From assembly GCF_018350175.1 (NCBI RefSeq), contig NC_058373.1, forward strand, positions 112,470,001-112,534,000: a DNA stretch of 64,000 bases, given 5' to 3'. Under the pieces are notes generated by a model that did no database searches, was not told the DNA's origin, and saw only the letters and a program-made list of their open reading frames with translations. Position numbers and translations under genes: made by a program. The stretch comes from Felis catus. Lineage: Eukaryota. This document shows, one piece after another, positions 60,363 through 64,000 of the stretch; the first letter of the stretch is position 1; every line of letters starts with the position of its first letter.

Positions 60363-62014
60363 AAATCTTTTCATGGTTTTTAAAAGTAATAAAATAATAT
60401 AAATAAGATCTTATTTTCTACCACAAATCTATAAAATTGTTTAAGAACTACATGTTATTTTATATAGTAATTTTGTTTTACCTAGACTCATTTTGTGCCC
60501 ATGGAGAAATTAAATTACAATAATTTATTTCCTTCATTAAAAAATTAAAATATATTTGACCTTTGAGGGCTGTCATATTTAGAGAAGTTGTCATATCTCA
60601 GGTGTAGCTGTGGCAAAGTGCACTTTCCTATGAATCAATTATAAAACCTAGGTGGATGTTTTTATATTTGTTTTTCTTGTATTTTTTTGTAGAAATGTTT
60701 GAAATACATTATCAGTCAATGTAAGGAAACATTTGGCCATATTTGGACAGTATATTGACCTGTAGTGCTATATGAAGAAAGCCTGCAGCCAACTAATGCA
60801 TTTGTCACTGGAGGTTAAGTAAAAAAAAATGTAATTGGTAATTTTGTAGTCTTTCAATTTTCATAGAAATTAGAAATCTTTGTCTCTGATTTTGTCTAAA
60901 ACAATGCTATTGGTTTGTGACATCAATTTCTAAGAATATGAAGTTGTAGAGGTATAGAATATCAGGGAGAGTTTCATGCAAGTAGGGTACTTTTAAAATT
61001 TCAATGATATTTCCCAGTAGAGATTAAATGTAGTAATTAGCTTGATATTACTGACTATATTTGCTCAATATAAATCTATTACAGTAAAACTGAATCATAA
61101 GGGTTTTAAATGAGGTTTGCTGCTAAACTAAACTTTCAACACTGATCTAGCTTTGGGCAACTTTTCAAGCCTGTCTCAGTGCTTGAAGCCTCATGAAAGT
61201 GATCAAGTGGTTCATGAATAGTAGACATTTTTCTAAGAAGCTATTCAAGGTACCTTCCTGTTACTGGCATAGTTTCCATGTATTCCTAGCTCTTTGGGTA
61301 GTAGGCTTTATAGAGCTGTTTGTTATTTTCTGGTGATCTTTTCCAGATCTCTTTCTGTGTGAATTACGATTCTGCAAAATGTTACATTTGTATATGGCTA
61401 GAATCGTTTAGTCACATTATGGAATATAAAAAATTTCTGTGACCTGTGAGCATTATCAACCAATGTAGAGATACAAAATATATCTCTACCCAAATTAACG
61501 TACTTTTCTTTCTTACATGTTAAGTGTGAGTCAAGAATATAAAGGTACTAATTTAAATACTGTGTACTGTTAGGCTCTAAAACAGGTAAAAGGAAAAGGG
61601 TAGTTAAAAAGAGAGTCTACTAGAATGTTTGGGCTGGTGAATGAGCCAAAGTAATACATGCCAGAGTTTACCTCTTCATACCAACTTATCACAATTAGAA
61701 TTAATTTTTCTTTGTACAATTATCTGTTTAATGTCTGCCCTTTATTATAAATTGTATGAGCACAAAGATTGTCTAATTTTCTCCTTTATCTCCTGTCATA
61801 GCACATTGTCTGGCATATAGTAGTAGTTGCTCAAAAAAGTATATTTATGATTTTGAATGTTTAACTCACAAGTTAACTTAAAAATATTTGTAGAGTTTGT
61901 CGATTTACTCTGCATATGATATGAATGTTCATTGCATATTGACATGGAAATATCTAACAGCTACCAGTTACTTAGTTTTACTTAAAATTTACAAAATGGC
62001 TTCACACTTTTTTA

Positions 62015-62150
62015 TTATTTGTTGTCGTAGTAACCCTGTGAGGTAGATGATGGTATTTTCTGTTTTATAACCATGCAATATGGAGTTTAGAAAGAGTAGA
62101 TTATTTGCTGCGAGGACCCAAAGATTTATAACTGACAGATCCTAAACGAA
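62015..62150 (-). mobile_element. MIR fragment
   Basis: taaccctgtgaggtagatgatggtattttctgtttta. Confidence 0.5.
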
Positions 62151-63031
62151 CCATTTGTTTTTATTATCTCTTAGATTCTTATATTTACTTTTATCATATA
62201 CCCCGTTCTTCATTAACTATGGGATGGTTGCAAAATTAATACATATAATTATCATTAGGATATACAAATAAGTAAATGAGTACCTTTGATTATTTCACAT
62301 GTTCTGAGAATAGTAGTCATCACTGATAATGAACATGAAATTTCATAAATCTAGGTTGTGTTTATTTAAATCTGAAGCACATAAAACAAGACAGAACAGC
62401 AATATTTCCAAATTGTGCAAAGCAGGAATAGAAATATATGGCAATTAATGAAGAAATAGCATATGGTGGTCTTTGAATTACCTAAAATACTTATTTTTCT
62501 TGTCTATACATGCTTGAGTTCAACTCATTAAATTTCCTCTCATTTTTTTAAAAACCAGTATAATCAGCAGTAATACAAAGGGTGAAAGGAAATAAAAACC
62601 AAGTAGAGACAAGGTATGTTAGTTGAGAGTGAGTGTGTGTGACATGGGTGTGGAGAATCTAGCAAAAGCCATACTGTATGAAAAAATAAAATTTAGTGGT
62701 ATATTTTATTTGAACTGAAAGAATCTCTAAGAACTAGAGATATTCACTCTAAGATCGTCTTTTTTTGGAAGATTATGTAAACATCATGAATATTGAATAA
62801 TAAAGTATGCAGTAGTGAGTATACCTATGTAAAAGGATCTATATGCATATGTGTGTGTATTTGCATACACAATTGTTTTTATATGCCTAGAGGAGCATCA
62901 TAGAGGAAACTAGTATATCAGGGTAAGGAAGAATTTTTACTATACTTTTCTAACTTTGGAATTTTTTACCATATGTACAATTATTTATTCCCAAAAAAGT
63001 GAAAAATAATGATTGCTTAAACAACAAGTTA

Positions 63032-63551
63032 ATTTTTCTTTTTTTTTTTAATATGAAATTTATTGTCAAATTGGTTTCCATACAACACCCAGTGCTCATC
63101 CCAACAGGTGCCCTCCTCAGTGCCCATCACCCACTTCCCCTTCCTCTCACCCCCCATCAACCCTCAGTTTATTCTGTTTTTAAGGGTCTCTCTTATGGTT
63201 TGCCTTCCTCCCTCTCTAACTTTTTCCCCCCTTCCCCTCCCCCATGGTCTTCTGTTAAGTTTTTCAGGATCCACACAAGAGTGAAAACATATGGTATCTG
63301 TCTTTCTCTGTATGACTTATTTCACTTAACATAACACTCTCCAGTTCCATCCACATTGCTACAAAAGGCCATATTTCATTCTTTCTCATTGCCAAGTAGT
63401 ATTCCATTGTATATATAAAGCACAACTTCTTTATCCATTCATCAGTTGTTGGACATTTAGGCTGTTTCCATAATTTGGCTATTGTTGAAAGTGCTGCTAA
63501 AAACATTGGGGTACAAGTGCCCCTATGCATCAGCACTCCTGTATCCCTTGA
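63032..63551 (-). mobile_element. Young felid L1 3' end, 5'-truncated
   Basis: Open ORF2 C-terminus (HRGTCTPMFLAALSTIAKLWKQPKCP...RYHMFSLLCGS) and 3'UTR, highly similar to 14747-15444. Confidence 0.95.
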
Positions 63552-64000
63552 TATTCCTCTATTGAATTCTTCAGTTAGTGTATTTTTTCAACTTTAGGAT
63601 TTGTTTGTTTTTGTGTTAGTTTTTGTCAAACTTCTCATTTTGTTCATGTATTGTCTTCTTCGTTGTCTGTTTTCTTATAGTTAACTAAACTTTTGTGAGA
63701 GAATTATTCTGAATTCTTTGTCTCATAGTTCATAGATCTCTATTTCTTTAGGGTCAGTTATTGGAGCTTTATTAGTTTCCTTTGGTGATATCTTAATTTT
63801 TCATGATCCTTGATTCCTTACATTGGTGTCTGCACTTTTGAATAATGGGGCTTCTCTTCCAGAGCTCACAGATTTTGCTTTGTTAGCAATGGTTCATCAG
63901 TCAGCTTAGTTTGGGTTTCTGGGTACATTTACAGCTAATGTCATTGGGCAATTATGCCTGCTACTATGGTTTCTTTTGAGGGAAGATGCCTCTTTGAACT

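Overview
This is AT-rich mammalian DNA, from a cat-family (Felidae) genome judging by the many young SINEC_Fc-type CAN-SINEs and felid/carnivore L1s. It lies inside the gephyrin gene (GPHN, + strand): the end of intron 1, the 79-bp coding exon 2 (2292-2370, (V)[25 protein letters not shown](L)), and about 61.6 kb of the following intron. I found no other canonical exon. Almost every ORF in the supplied track is a repeat fragment or chance. The intron holds about 30 SINEs, many L1s (all long ones antisense to GPHN), a deleted ERV1-class provirus with two LTRs, PBS, PPT and an env-TM remnant, a related solo LTR, three Tigger2 DNA transposons, and a GPX4 processed pseudogene inserted into one of the Tigger2 copies. 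I see no convincing new biological system. The best leads are: (1) a candidate frame-preserving 66-nt cassette exon inside Tigger2 with a consensus TAG|GTAAGT donor; (2) a donor-like GTGAGT overlapping the exon 2 acceptor; (3) a candidate 41-nt frameshifting exon in non-repeat DNA; (4) the GPX4 retrocopy with its Sec UGA kept but SECIS broken; (5) the env-bearing provirus; (6) nested and serial insertion sites usable as felid markers. Repeat family names and boundaries are by eye and approximate unless a TSD is quoted.
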